A stretch of 64,000 nucleotides of DNA, from contig JAWLBL010000014.1 of assembly GCA_041687695.1 (NCBI GenBank), forward strand, positions 128,001-192,000. Reading direction: 5' to 3'. Under the pieces are notes generated by a model, which saw only the letters and a program-made list of their open reading frames with translations, was not told the origin of the DNA and did no database searches. A program made the translations under genes and the position numbers. Below, piece after piece: positions 1 through 9,323 of this stretch (positions within the stretch are counted from its first letter, which is position 1; every line of letters begins with the position of its first letter). This stretch comes from Myxococcota bacterium. GTDB taxonomy: Bacteria > Myxococcota_A > UBA9042 > PHBI01 > JAWLBL01.

Positions 1-566
1 AGATCGCGATCGGCGTCGGGCTTCAGGTAGTCGAAGAACAGGCCGCCGACGCCGCGCGCCTCCTTGCGGTGCGGCAAAAAGAAGTACTCGTCGCACCACT
101 TCTTGAAGCGCGGGTAGTAGGCGGGGTCGTGGCGGTCGCAGGCCTCGCCCAGGACGCGGTGGAAGTGGGCCGCGTCCTCGTCGACCAGCACGTAGGGGGT
201 GAGATCCGCGCCGCCCCCGAACCAGCCCGCGTCGCCGCGCTCCAGGTAGCGGAAGTTGGCGTGGGTCGTAGGGACGTGCGGGTTGCGCGGGTGCAGCACC
301 AGCGACACACCGGTCGCGAAGAACTCGGCGCCCTCGCCATGCAGGGCCGTCTGCAGCGCCTCGGGCAGCTCGCCGTGGACGGCCGAGACGTTCACGCCCG
401 CCTTCTCGAAGACCTCGCCGCCCTCGAGCACGCGCGTGCGGCCGCCGCCGCCGCCGGGGCGCTGCCACAGGTCCTCGCGGAAGCGCGCGCGGCCGTCGAG
501 CCGCTCGATGGCGGCGCAGATCGTGTCCTGGAGCTGTTCGACCTTGGCCCGGGCGCGGTTTCGCAT
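1..566 (-). CDS. hemF: Oxygen-dependent coproporphyrinogen III oxidase (3' end runs off the window; not in the ORF track)
   Basis: Manual translation from ATG 566: [21 protein letters not shown]...[27 protein letters not shown]...[25 protein letters not shown]...[10 protein letters not shown]...[26 protein letters not shown], all HemF signatures. Confidence 0.95.
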   Translation of the reverse strand, partial: MRNRARAKVEQLQDTICAAIERLDGRARFREDLWQRPGGGGGRTRVLEGGEVFEKAGVNVSAVHGELPEALQTALHGEGAEFFATGVSLVLHPRNPHVPTTHANFRYLERGDAGWFGGGADLTPYVLVDEDAAHFHRVLGEACDRHDPAYYPRFKKWCDEYFFLPHRKEARGVGGLFFDYLKPDADRD

Positions 567-688
567 GGGCCGTGCTTACCGGCCGCTCCGCGCGCCGTCA
601 ATCGCGAGCGCGCGAATCGGGCCGGCCGCGGGCGCCGCGCCGCTCAGGGCTTGCCGGTCGCCGCGGCGAGCCACTACCTTCGCGGCCC

Positions 689-1012
689 ATGGCGCGCATC
701 ACCCTGACCCACGACGGTCGCCGCATCGACTTCGACCCGGCCGACGCCCCCTTCGAGGAGCACGGGCGGCCGGGCTCGCTGCTGGACGTGCTGCTGGGGC
801 ACGGCGTGGCCCTGGACCACAACTGCGGCGGCGTGTGCGCCTGCACGACCTGCATGGTTTACGTCGAGCGGGGCGGCGACGCGCTCAGCGCGCCCGGCGA
901 GGACGAGGAGGACATGCTGGACCGCGCCGCCGGGCTGCGCCTGAGCTCGCGCCTGGCCTGTCAGGCCGTGGTCGAGGACGCCGAGGCCGAGCTGGTCGTC
1001 ACGATCCCGTGA
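689..1012 (+). CDS. fdx: 2Fe-2S ferredoxin, ISC/adrenodoxin type
   Basis: HNCGGVCACTTC, EEDMLD and SRLACQ motifs; start set at ATG 689 inside ORF 572..1012. Confidence 0.9.
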   Translation: MARITLTHDGRRIDFDPADAPFEEHGRPGSLLDVLLGHGVALDHNCGGVCACTTCMVYVERGGDALSAPGEDEEDMLDRAAGLRLSSRLACQAVVEDAEAELVVTIP

Positions 1013-1940
1013 GGCCCGGGTCGGCCGCGGCCGCCGGGCGGGCGAAGCGGCGGTCCCAGGCGTGCACCCAGCGCGGCACGTAGCGCGCGGCGACGGCGGC
1101 GACCAGGACACCCGCGACGATGTCCGCGCCGTAGTGATAGCGCAGGTACATCGTGGCGAAGACGATGGCCAGGGCGAGCGGGACCATGCCCCAGAGCAGG
1201 CGCGGGACGAAGCGCGCGGCGGCCAGGGTGACCGTGAGCGTGAGCGAGGTGTGCCCGCTGGGGAAGCTGTCCCAGTACATGCGGGTGCCGGCGACGATGG
1301 ACTCGCGCAGGGTCTCGGCCAGCCACAGCCCCTTCATCTCGAACGGGTAGACGATGAGGTCGGCCAGCGCCGGGTCGTCCCCCAGCAGGACCGGCCAGCG
1401 GGCCGGCAGCAGGACGTTGCCCAGGACGACCAGGCCGTGGACGCCGACGAGCATGGTCATGACGACCCGCAGATCGGCGTGGCGGCCGCGTGTCCACAGG
1501 TAGACCGGCAGCGCCAGCAGCACGAAGTAGAAGGAGAAGTAGCAGAGCTGGATGACCTCGGTCAGGGCCGGCGAGTGCAGGTGCTGCAGGGCCAGCGAGA
1601 CGTCGGTGCCGAGCACGGCGTGGTCCAGGGCGCTCAGCTCGCGCTCCCAGGTGGGCAGCCCGAGCTCGCCGATGAGCACGCCGGCGCCGCGGTGGAAGAC
1701 GTAGAACCAGACGGTGTAGGCCGGGATGCGGACCGCGTTGTCGCGGCTGGGGCGGCCGGTGTGGCCCAGGCGGACGGCGGCGAGCAGCAGGGCCAGCGCG
1801 GCGCCGAACAGGGACAGCTCGACGGCGGGCGCGGCCAGGCGCGTCCAGCCGACGAGGACGGCGACCAGGGCGGCGGAGGTGGTCGCGAGGGCGACGGCGT
1901 CGGAGAGGCGGACCGGGGCCGCGGGCGGGGTGGTCGACAT
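999..1940 (-). CDS. PAP2-superfamily membrane phosphatase/phosphotransferase (Aur1/PAP2_3-like)
   Basis: Multiple hydrophobic helices; DSFPSGHTS and ATMYLRYHYGAD catalytic motifs. Confidence 0.8.
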   Translation of the reverse strand: MSTTPPAAPVRLSDAVALATTSAALVAVLVGWTRLAAPAVELSLFGAALALLLAAVRLGHTGRPSRDNAVRIPAYTVWFYVFHRGAGVLIGELGLPTWERELSALDHAVLGTDVSLALQHLHSPALTEVIQLCYFSFYFVLLALPVYLWTRGRHADLRVVMTMLVGVHGLVVLGNVLLPARWPVLLGDDPALADLIVYPFEMKGLWLAETLRESIVAGTRMYWDSFPSGHTSLTLTVTLAAARFVPRLLWGMVPLALAIVFATMYLRYHYGADIVAGVLVAAVAARYVPRWVHAWDRRFARPAAAADPGLTGS

Positions 1941-1977
1941 GGCGGGCGACCCTAACGGTTACGGCCGGTTGCGGCAA

Positions 1978-3225
1978 TCACGGCGCGGGCGGGGGCGCGA
2001 AGTGGGCGCGGGCGCGGCGCTCGTCGACGCCGAGCATCAGGAGGAGGCCGGCGACGAACAGCCCGCCTACGGCGAGCAGGGCGTAGCGCTGGCTGCCGGT
2101 CGCCTCGCTGACGAAGCCGAAGATGAGCGGGCCGGCGACGGCGCTGAACTTGCCGGCGATGGCCTTGAAGCCGAAGAGCTCGCCGGCCTCGGCCGGGGGG
2201 ACCACGCTGGCGAGCAGGCCGCGGCTGGCGCTCTGGGTGGCGCCCATGACGAAGCCGACCGCGAGGGCGAGCCACCAGAAGGTGTCCTTCTCGGTGACCC
2301 AGAAGGCGCCGAGGATGACCAGGCACCACACGCACAGGGTCAGGACCAGGGTGCGGGCGTGGCCGATGCGGTCGGCGACGAAGCCCAGGCCGAAGGCGCC
2401 GACGGCGCCGGAGAGCTGGACGGCGGCCAGCATGGCCATGATCTCGCCGGTCTCCATGCGCAGGGTCTTGGAGGCGTACAGGGCGGCGAAGGAGACGGTG
2501 GTCGCGACGCCGTCGTTGTAGAGGAAGTAGGCGATGAAGAAGCGGAAGAGGTCGCGGTTGCCGCGGATGCGGCGGAAGGCGGCGCCGACCTGGGCGAACA
2601 CGTCGCCGGCGCGCTGGTCGAGGCGCGGGGCGCGGTCGCGGACGAGGAAGAACAGCGGCAGGCTGAAGGCCAGCCACCAGGCAGCGACGACCAGGAAGAC
2701 CAGGCGGACCTGGCCGGCCTCGGCCAGCGGCAGGGCGAGCAGGAGGCAGGCGAGGCCGCCGAGGTAGCCCATGGACCAGCCGATGCCGGACCAGCGGCCG
2801 ATGGCGGTGGGGCGGACGAGGCCGGGCAGGAGCGCGTCGTAGAAGACGAGGCTGCCCTCGAAGGCGACGTTGGCCAGGAAGATGCAGGCGAGGCCCAGGG
2901 CGACCTCGCCGGGGCCGACCAGGGCGCAGGCGGCGGTGCCTGCGACGCCGACCAGGGTGTAGGCGAACAGGAGGTGCTTGCGCCAGCCGCGGCGATCGGC
3001 CAGGGCGCCGAGCACCGGCGAGGTGAGGGCGACGACGGCCATGGAGGCGGCCAGGGCGTTGCCCCACAGGCGGTCGCCGCGGCCCGGCTGGTCGGCGCCG
3101 ACGACGACGTTCGAGAAGTACAGCGCGTACACGGCGGTGACCATGACCAGCGCGTAGGCCGAGTTGGCGACGTCGTTGAGGGCCCAGGCGAGGCGCTCGC
3201 GGATGGGGGCCTCGGGCGGGATCAT
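1978..3225 (-). CDS. MFS transporter (UMF1/ATG22-like)
   Basis: [39 protein letters not shown] motifs and about 12 hydrophobic segments; start may be as far up as 3267. Confidence 0.85.
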   Translation of the reverse strand: MIPPEAPIRERLAWALNDVANSAYALVMVTAVYALYFSNVVVGADQPGRGDRLWGNALAASMAVVALTSPVLGALADRRGWRKHLLFAYTLVGVAGTAACALVGPGEVALGLACIFLANVAFEGSLVFYDALLPGLVRPTAIGRWSGIGWSMGYLGGLACLLLALPLAEAGQVRLVFLVVAAWWLAFSLPLFFLVRDRAPRLDQRAGDVFAQVGAAFRRIRGNRDLFRFFIAYFLYNDGVATTVSFAALYASKTLRMETGEIMAMLAAVQLSGAVGAFGLGFVADRIGHARTLVLTLCVWCLVILGAFWVTEKDTFWWLALAVGFVMGATQSASRGLLASVVPPAEAGELFGFKAIAGKFSAVAGPLIFGFVSEATGSQRYALLAVGGLFVAGLLLMLGVDERRARAHFAPPPAP

Positions 3226-3334
3226 CGGGGCGGCCGAGGCCGCGCCGTGGGATTGTCGAGCCTGCACCGCAGCTTGCCTCCGGGACCCCGATACGTTAGG
3301 GATTCGTGCACTTCCGCCCCGGGAGAGGAGCTGG

Positions 3335-4195
<861 letters not shown>

Positions 4196-4256
4196 GCCTG
4201 GGCGCCCGGCCCCCGTCGAGTCCCCTGCCCTGCCCCTCCCGGCCTCCGAGGACCGC

Positions 4257-6089
4257 ATGACCTCCGTCGCTGCCGACACCCAGAACCGGCTCCAGCTCGC
4301 CCCGCGCGAGCAGATGAACATCGTCATCGTCGGCCACGTGGACCATGGCAAGTCCACGCTGGTCGGCCGCCTGCTCGCCGACTCCGGCAGCCTGCCCGAC
4401 GGCAAGCTCGAGGCGGTCCAGGCGCTGTGCAAGCGCCAGGGCAAGCTCTTCGAGTACGCCTTCCTGCTCGACGCCCTCGAGGCCGAGCGCGACCAGGGCA
4501 TCACCATCGACTCGGCGCGGTGCTTCTTCAAGACCGACGAGCGCGACTACATCATCATCGACGCGCCCGGCCACATCGAGTTCCTCAAGAACATGATCTC
4601 GGGCGCCGCCCGCGCCGAGGCGGCCATCCTGCTCATCGACGCCAACGAGGGCGTCCGCGAGAACTCGCGCCGCCACGGCTACGTCCTGTCGATGTTGGGC
4701 ATCCGGCAGGTCACGGTCGCCGTGAACAAGATGGATCTGGTCGACTACGACCAGGCCGTCTTCGACCGCATCGAAGAGGAGTACCGCGCCTTCCTGGCCG
4801 GCTGCGGCCTGGTCCCCCAGCGCTTCGTCCCCATCAGCGCGCGCCAGGGCGACAACATCGCCGAACCCAGCGCCCACATGCGCTGGTACAAGGGCCCGAC
4901 CATCCTCGAGTCGGTGGATCTGTTCAAGAAGGCGCCGCCCCGCGAGGACAAGGCGCTGCGCGTCCCCGTGCAGGACGTCTACAAGTTCAACACGCGCGGC
5001 GACGACCGCCGCATCGTCGCCGGCCGCATCGAGTCCGGCCGCATCAAGGTCGGCGACCGCGTGGTCTTCTCGCCCTCTGGCAAGGGCTCGACCGTCGCCA
5101 GCGTCGAGGTCTTCAACGCCCCGGCGACCGAGTCGATGCAGGCGCCCCACTGCGTCGGCTTCACGCTGACCGAGCAGATCTTCGTCGAGCGGGGCGAGAT
5201 CGCCTCGCACGTCGACAGCGCCCCGCGCGTGTCGACGCGCTTTCGGGCGAACCTGTTCTGGCTGGGCCGCAAGCCCATGCAGAAGGGCAAGAGCTACAAG
5301 CTCAAGCTGACCACCAAGGAGGTCGGCGTCCACATCCACGAGCTGCTCAACGTCATCGACGCCTCCGAGCTGGACTCGAGCCTCGACAAGGACGAGGTCG
5401 GCCGCCACGACGTCGCCGACGTCATCCTCGAGACGCGCCGCCCGGTCGCCTTCGACCTGACGCACGAGTTCGAGGCGACGGGCCGCTTCGTCATCGTCGA
5501 CGACTACGACGTGGCCGGCGGCGGCATCATCCGCGAGGTGGTCAGCGACAGCTTCGAGGGCGCGCGCGCCGACGCCCGCCGCCGCGACTTCGAGTGGGTC
5601 GGCGGCGACGTCAGCCGCGACGACCGCGCGGCCCGCTTCGGGCACCGCGCGGCGCTGGTGCTGCTGACCGGCGGCGCCGGGGTCGGCAAGGCGCTCATCG
5701 CCCGCAAGCTCGAGCGCGCCCTGTTCGACGCCGGCCGCGTCGCCTACCTGCTCGACGGCCGCAACGTGCTGCTGGGCCTCGACCAGGACATCGCCACGAC
5801 GATGGACTCGGGCGAGCTGGTCCGCCGCTACGCCGAGGTCGCGCACCTCTTCTTGGACGCCGGCCACCTGGTCGTCTCGACCACCAACACCTTCGCCCTG
5901 GCGGACCACGGCACGATCAGCACCCTTGTCGCGCCGGCGCCGGTCGTCCTGGTGCACATCGGCGACGACCCACCCCACAACGCCGACCTGGTCCTGCCGG
6001 CGCAGACCGACCCCGAGGGCTGCGTCACGGCCATCCGCGCCATGCTGCGCGAGCAGAACCTGGTGGTCCGCCCGCCCGAGCCGCGCTGA
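4257..6089 (+). CDS. cysN: Sulfate adenylyltransferase subunit 1 fused to a C-terminal APS-kinase-like domain (CysNC)
   Basis: [14 protein letters not shown] and NKMD GTPase motifs; TGRFVIVD; C-terminal [10 protein letters not shown]...YLLDGRNV; directly follows cysD. Confidence 0.92.
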   Translation: MTSVAADTQNRLQLAPREQMNIVIVGHVDHGKSTLVGRLLADSGSLPDGKLEAVQALCKRQGKLFEYAFLLDALEAERDQGITIDSARCFFKTDERDYIIIDAPGHIEFLKNMISGAARAEAAILLIDANEGVRENSRRHGYVLSMLGIRQVTVAVNKMDLVDYDQAVFDRIEEEYRAFLAGCGLVPQRFVPISARQGDNIAEPSAHMRWYKGPTILESVDLFKKAPPREDKALRVPVQDVYKFNTRGDDRRIVAGRIESGRIKVGDRVVFSPSGKGSTVASVEVFNAPATESMQAPHCVGFTLTEQIFVERGEIASHVDSAPRVSTRFRANLFWLGRKPMQKGKSYKLKLTTKEVGVHIHELLNVIDASELDSSLDKDEVGRHDVADVILETRRPVAFDLTHEFEATGRFVIVDDYDVAGGGIIREVVSDSFEGARADARRRDFEWVGGDVSRDDRAARFGHRAALVLLTGGAGVGKALIARKLERALFDAGRVAYLLDGRNVLLGLDQDIATTMDSGELVRRYAEVAHLFLDAGHLVVSTTNTFALADHGTISTLVAPAPVVLVHIGDDPPHNADLVLPAQTDPEGCVTAIRAMLREQNLVVRPPEPR

Positions 6090-6123
6090 CGCGCCGAGGT
6101 CCGCCGCCGACGCGGACCTCGCC

Positions 6124-6870
6124 TCAGCGGCACACGCCCAGGCCCTCGCTGAGCAGCGCCGGCACCAGCCGGCGCGACAGGTCCGCGCCGCCGGCGCGGG
6201 TCAGGTGGACGCCGTCCGAGCGCCGGAAGCGCACCTTGCGGCCGCGGCCGTCGGTGCCCAGGGCCAGGTAGCGCCCGGCCGGGTCCGACGACAGCGTGAA
6301 GGTGTCGATCCAGGTCACGTCGCCGCGCTCGCGCGCCGCCTCGCGCTGCAGACGCATGATGCGCTTGACCTTGGCGGCCGCGCTGGGCGCCCGCCGGTTG
6401 GTCGGAGACAACAGGAACACCTGGCGTCGCGGCCCGCGTAGCCCGTCGAGCAGCTCGCGCACGCGCTGCAGGTAGTGGACGCTCCAGCGCGCCTCGTCCT
6501 TCCAGGCGACGCGCTCGCCGGCGGCGTCGGTCGGCTCGAGCCCCTGACCGTCGTTGCCGCCGAACAGCATGATGACGACGTGCGGGTCGAAGCGCGACGC
6601 CAGCGCCGGCCCCTCGCGCCGCCAGTCGAAGAAGCTCGGCTTGGCCAGCCCCGAGGCGCTCTTGCCGAAGCGCTCGACCTCGAAGCCCAGCTCGGCCAGC
6701 GCGCGCTCCAGCTCGATCCCCAGGCTGCCGTAGATGTTCGAGTCGCCGAGCAGCAGCGCGCGCGGCCGCTCGGGGACCACGAGGCACAGGTCCTCGGCGA
6801 GCGCCGCGCGCGGCGCCCCCAGGAGCGTTCCGACCCCGACGAGGACCAGGACAGCCAACCAACGACGCAT
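6124..6870 (-). CDS. Secreted SGNH/GDSL hydrolase (DUF459-like)
   Basis: Signal-like N-terminus; GDSN, SGLAKPSFFDW, GGNDGQ and DGVH blocks. Confidence 0.8.
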   Translation of the reverse strand: MRRWLAVLVLVGVGTLLGAPRAALAEDLCLVVPERPRALLLGDSNIYGSLGIELERALAELGFEVERFGKSASGLAKPSFFDWRREGPALASRFDPHVVIMLFGGNDGQGLEPTDAAGERVAWKDEARWSVHYLQRVRELLDGLRGPRRQVFLLSPTNRRAPSAAAKVKRIMRLQREAARERGDVTWIDTFTLSSDPAGRYLALGTDGRGRKVRFRRSDGVHLTRAGGADLSRRLVPALLSEGLGVCR

Positions 6871-6922
6871 CGCGCTCCGGCGGGGCCGACGCCACATCCA
6901 CGATGGATGGGGGCGCCGCGGC

Positions 6923-7777
6923 TCACCGCGTGCGCCGGATTGAAGCGCGCTCCGGGGCCGCGCGCAACTTCCGCGACGTCACCGTAAGGTGTTGATCTCT
7001 CTGAAGGGAGCCGGGCGCCTCGCAGCTGAGCAGCCCCTCGGCCTGCAGCGCCGGCCACAGCTTGTCCATCAGGACGGCGGCGCCCTCGGCCGTCAGGTGG
7101 ATGCCGTCGGGACGCCGCAGCCGCACGCGCCGCCCCCGCCGGTCGCGCCCCTCGGCCTCCGGGCGGCCGTCCTCCCGCGAGGTGAGGGCGAAGGTGTCGA
7201 TCCAGGTCACGCGGGTGAGGCCCTCGACCGCCTCGCGCTGCACCTGGCGGACCCTCAGCATCTTCTCGCGCGCGATCCTGGGCAGGCGGTTGGTCGGCCC
7301 CAGCACGAACAGGCGCCGCCCCCCGCCCGACAGGGCCATCGCCAGGCGGGTCACGCGGCTGCGGTAGGCCTCGCGCCAGGTCGCCTCGTCCTTCCACCAG
7401 ACCCGCCGCTCGCCCGCGTAGGGCTCGAGCCGCTGCCCGTCGTTGCCGCCGAACAGGATGATGACGACGTCGGGGCGGTAGTGGTCGACGAGGCGCACGC
7501 CTTCGGTGAGCCAGTCGAAGAAGTCCGGCCGGGCGAGGCCGCTGGTCGGCTTGCCGCGCCGCAGGACGTTGAAGCCGGAGGCGCGCAGGCGCTTCTCGAG
7601 CTGCTTGCCCAGGTGCTCGAAGATGTTCGAGTCACCGAGCACCAGCACGCGGGCCGCCGAGGGCGCCGGCTCCTGGGCCGCGGAGGGCCGGTGGGTGAAG
7701 ACGACGGCCAGGGCCACGAGGAGGCCGAGGACCATGGGCCGCAGACGTAGAGAGGCCGAACGCGAGGCGCGACGCAT
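6923..7777 (-). CDS. Secreted SGNH/GDSL hydrolase (DUF459-like), paralog of the adjacent gene
   Basis: GDSN, SGLARPDFFDW, GGNDGQ and DGIH blocks. Confidence 0.8.
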   Translation of the reverse strand: MRRASRSASLRLRPMVLGLLVALAVVFTHRPSAAQEPAPSAARVLVLGDSNIFEHLGKQLEKRLRASGFNVLRRGKPTSGLARPDFFDWLTEGVRLVDHYRPDVVIILFGGNDGQRLEPYAGERRVWWKDEATWREAYRSRVTRLAMALSGGGRRLFVLGPTNRLPRIAREKMLRVRQVQREAVEGLTRVTWIDTFALTSREDGRPEAEGRDRRGRRVRLRRPDGIHLTAEGAAVLMDKLWPALQAEGLLSCEAPGSLQRDQHLTVTSRKLRAAPERASIRRTR

Positions 7778-7828
7778 CGCCGCGGATGATAGCGATCTCG
7801 CGCGCGGCCGTCACCGGGGGACGTTTGC

Positions 7829-7996
7829 GGCCGGGACCGGGACCGTGGCGGAGGCCGGGGCCGGGGCCAGGGCGGAGGCCGGGGGGAGGCCGGGGGGAGG
7901 CCGGGGCCGGGGCCGGGACCGTGGCGGAGGCCGGGGCCGGGGCCAGGGCGGAGGCCGGGACCGTGGCCGAGGCCGGGACCGGAGCCGGAGCCGTGG
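7829..7996. repeat. G-rich hexamer-periodic low-complexity tract containing a 47-bp direct duplication (7837-7883 and 7913-7959)
   Basis: Runs of GGGGCC/GGGACC/GGAGCC; ccgggaccgtggcggaggccggggccggggccagggcggaggccggg occurs twice. Confidence 0.85.
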
Positions 7997-8015
7997 CTGC
8001 GGGCGCAGCCACGGC
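7990..8015 (-). terminator. Perfect inverted repeat with 12-bp arms just downstream of the 8024-8809 gene; terminator-like
   Basis: GCCGTGGCTGCG-GG-CGCAGCCACGGC; no U-tract. Confidence 0.45.
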
Positions 8016-8023
8016 CGGGCCCG

Positions 8024-8809
8024 TCACTCCTCGGTGACCTCGATCTCCTCGGGCTCGTCCGCGCCCATGAGGAGGGCGCGCGTCTCGGGGTCGAGCTCGT
8101 ACGAGCCGCGCAGCCCGACGCCCGAGCGGGCCTGGACCACCTCGCGCGCCAGGGTCGGGCTCTCGACGACCAGCAGATCGCTGCGGAAGACGCGGCGGTG
8201 GTCGGCCACCCGCACGGTGGCGTTCAGGCCGTTCCACGTCGCCTGCGTGACGACGCTGCCGTCCGCCGTGGCCGACGCGATGGTGCTCTGGCCGCTGACC
8301 GGCCCGAGGTCGGCGCGCAGGGTGGCCACGCGCTGCGCGAAGGGCACATCGGCCGTCAGGGGCCGCGCGTACTTCCACAGCCGATCGCCCGCGAAGAAGA
8401 AGTAGTGCACGCCGCTCGCCTCTCGGAAGACCAGCAGGCTCTCGTTGCCGCCAGCGGCGAACTCGCTGGCCACCAGGCTGGTCTCGAACCCCGTCTGGCG
8501 ACCGTCGAAGGGGATCACCGACCCCTCGAGCGCCTCGAGGTCCCGCTCGAAGGCGGCGCGCAGGGCGAGCCGCTCGCTGTCGTCGAGGCAGGCCTTGAGC
8601 TTCGGCGCGAGCTCGCGCTCCATCCGGGCGCGGACCCACGAGAACACCGCGTCCTTGTTCTGGCCGAGCGGCAGCTTGTCGAGGTCGGCGTCGATCCGCG
8701 AGACCTGCAGCGTCACGGCGAGCGGCGCCTTGGCGGGCGCGCCGGCGAGGGCGGGCCCGGCGGTTACGGTGGCAAGCGCGAGGAAACTAGCGAAGGCAAG
8801 GCGTCGCAT
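8024..8809 (-). CDS. Hypothetical secreted protein
   Basis: MRRLAFASFLALATVTAGPALA signal peptide; globular composition and GC3-rich codons. Confidence 0.7.
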   Translation of the reverse strand: MRRLAFASFLALATVTAGPALAGAPAKAPLAVTLQVSRIDADLDKLPLGQNKDAVFSWVRARMERELAPKLKACLDDSERLALRAAFERDLEALEGSVIPFDGRQTGFETSLVASEFAAGGNESLLVFREASGVHYFFFAGDRLWKYARPLTADVPFAQRVATLRADLGPVSGQSTIASATADGSVVTQATWNGLNATVRVADHRRVFRSDLLVVESPTLAREVVQARSGVGLRGSYELDPETRALLMGADEPEEIEVTEE

Positions 8810-8966
8810 GACATCATCTCCGGCTCGTGTTCGGCCGGAATACGATGCAATAGGTATGCCACGCACGCTCCAGCGCGCGATCGGCCCGGCGGCGCGCAAG
8901 GACTCCGTGGTCGGTCCGCAATCGCTGCACAGCGGCGCGTGACGCTGGGATCAGACCCGGCCACCG

Positions 8967-9188
8967 CTACATGTGCGCGCGGCGGACCTTCAGATCGGTC
9001 GTCTCGCCCAGCGACTGCTTGCAGGATCGGCAGCGGTAGTCGATGCGCGTCGGCAGCGTCGAGATGCCGAACAGCAGCGTGCACCACCCGAAGAACGAGT
9101 AGTGCGGCTCCTTCTCGACCATCGCGTGGTCGCGCGTGTAACCACAGCGGCAGGTGTCGGACGCCGCGTCCCGATGGGCCTCGGCCAT
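8967..9188 (-). CDS. Small zinc-ribbon membrane-associated protein
   Basis: CRCG...YSFFGWCTLLFGIS...YRCRSC; GGAGGAG ribosome-binding site upstream of ATG 9188. Confidence 0.65.
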   Translation of the reverse strand: MAEAHRDAASDTCRCGYTRDHAMVEKEPHYSFFGWCTLLFGISTLPTRIDYRCRSCKQSLGETTDLKVRRAHM

Positions 9189-9323
9189 GATCTCCTCCAG
9201 CGCGCCGCGACCAGCGGCGGCGCGGCCCGAAGGATAGGTCCGCCTCGCGCACTGTCTACCGGAAAACGGCATCGACCGCCCGTGGCTGGGGTCCGCAGAC
9301 CCCAGCCGTGGGGACCGGACGGC

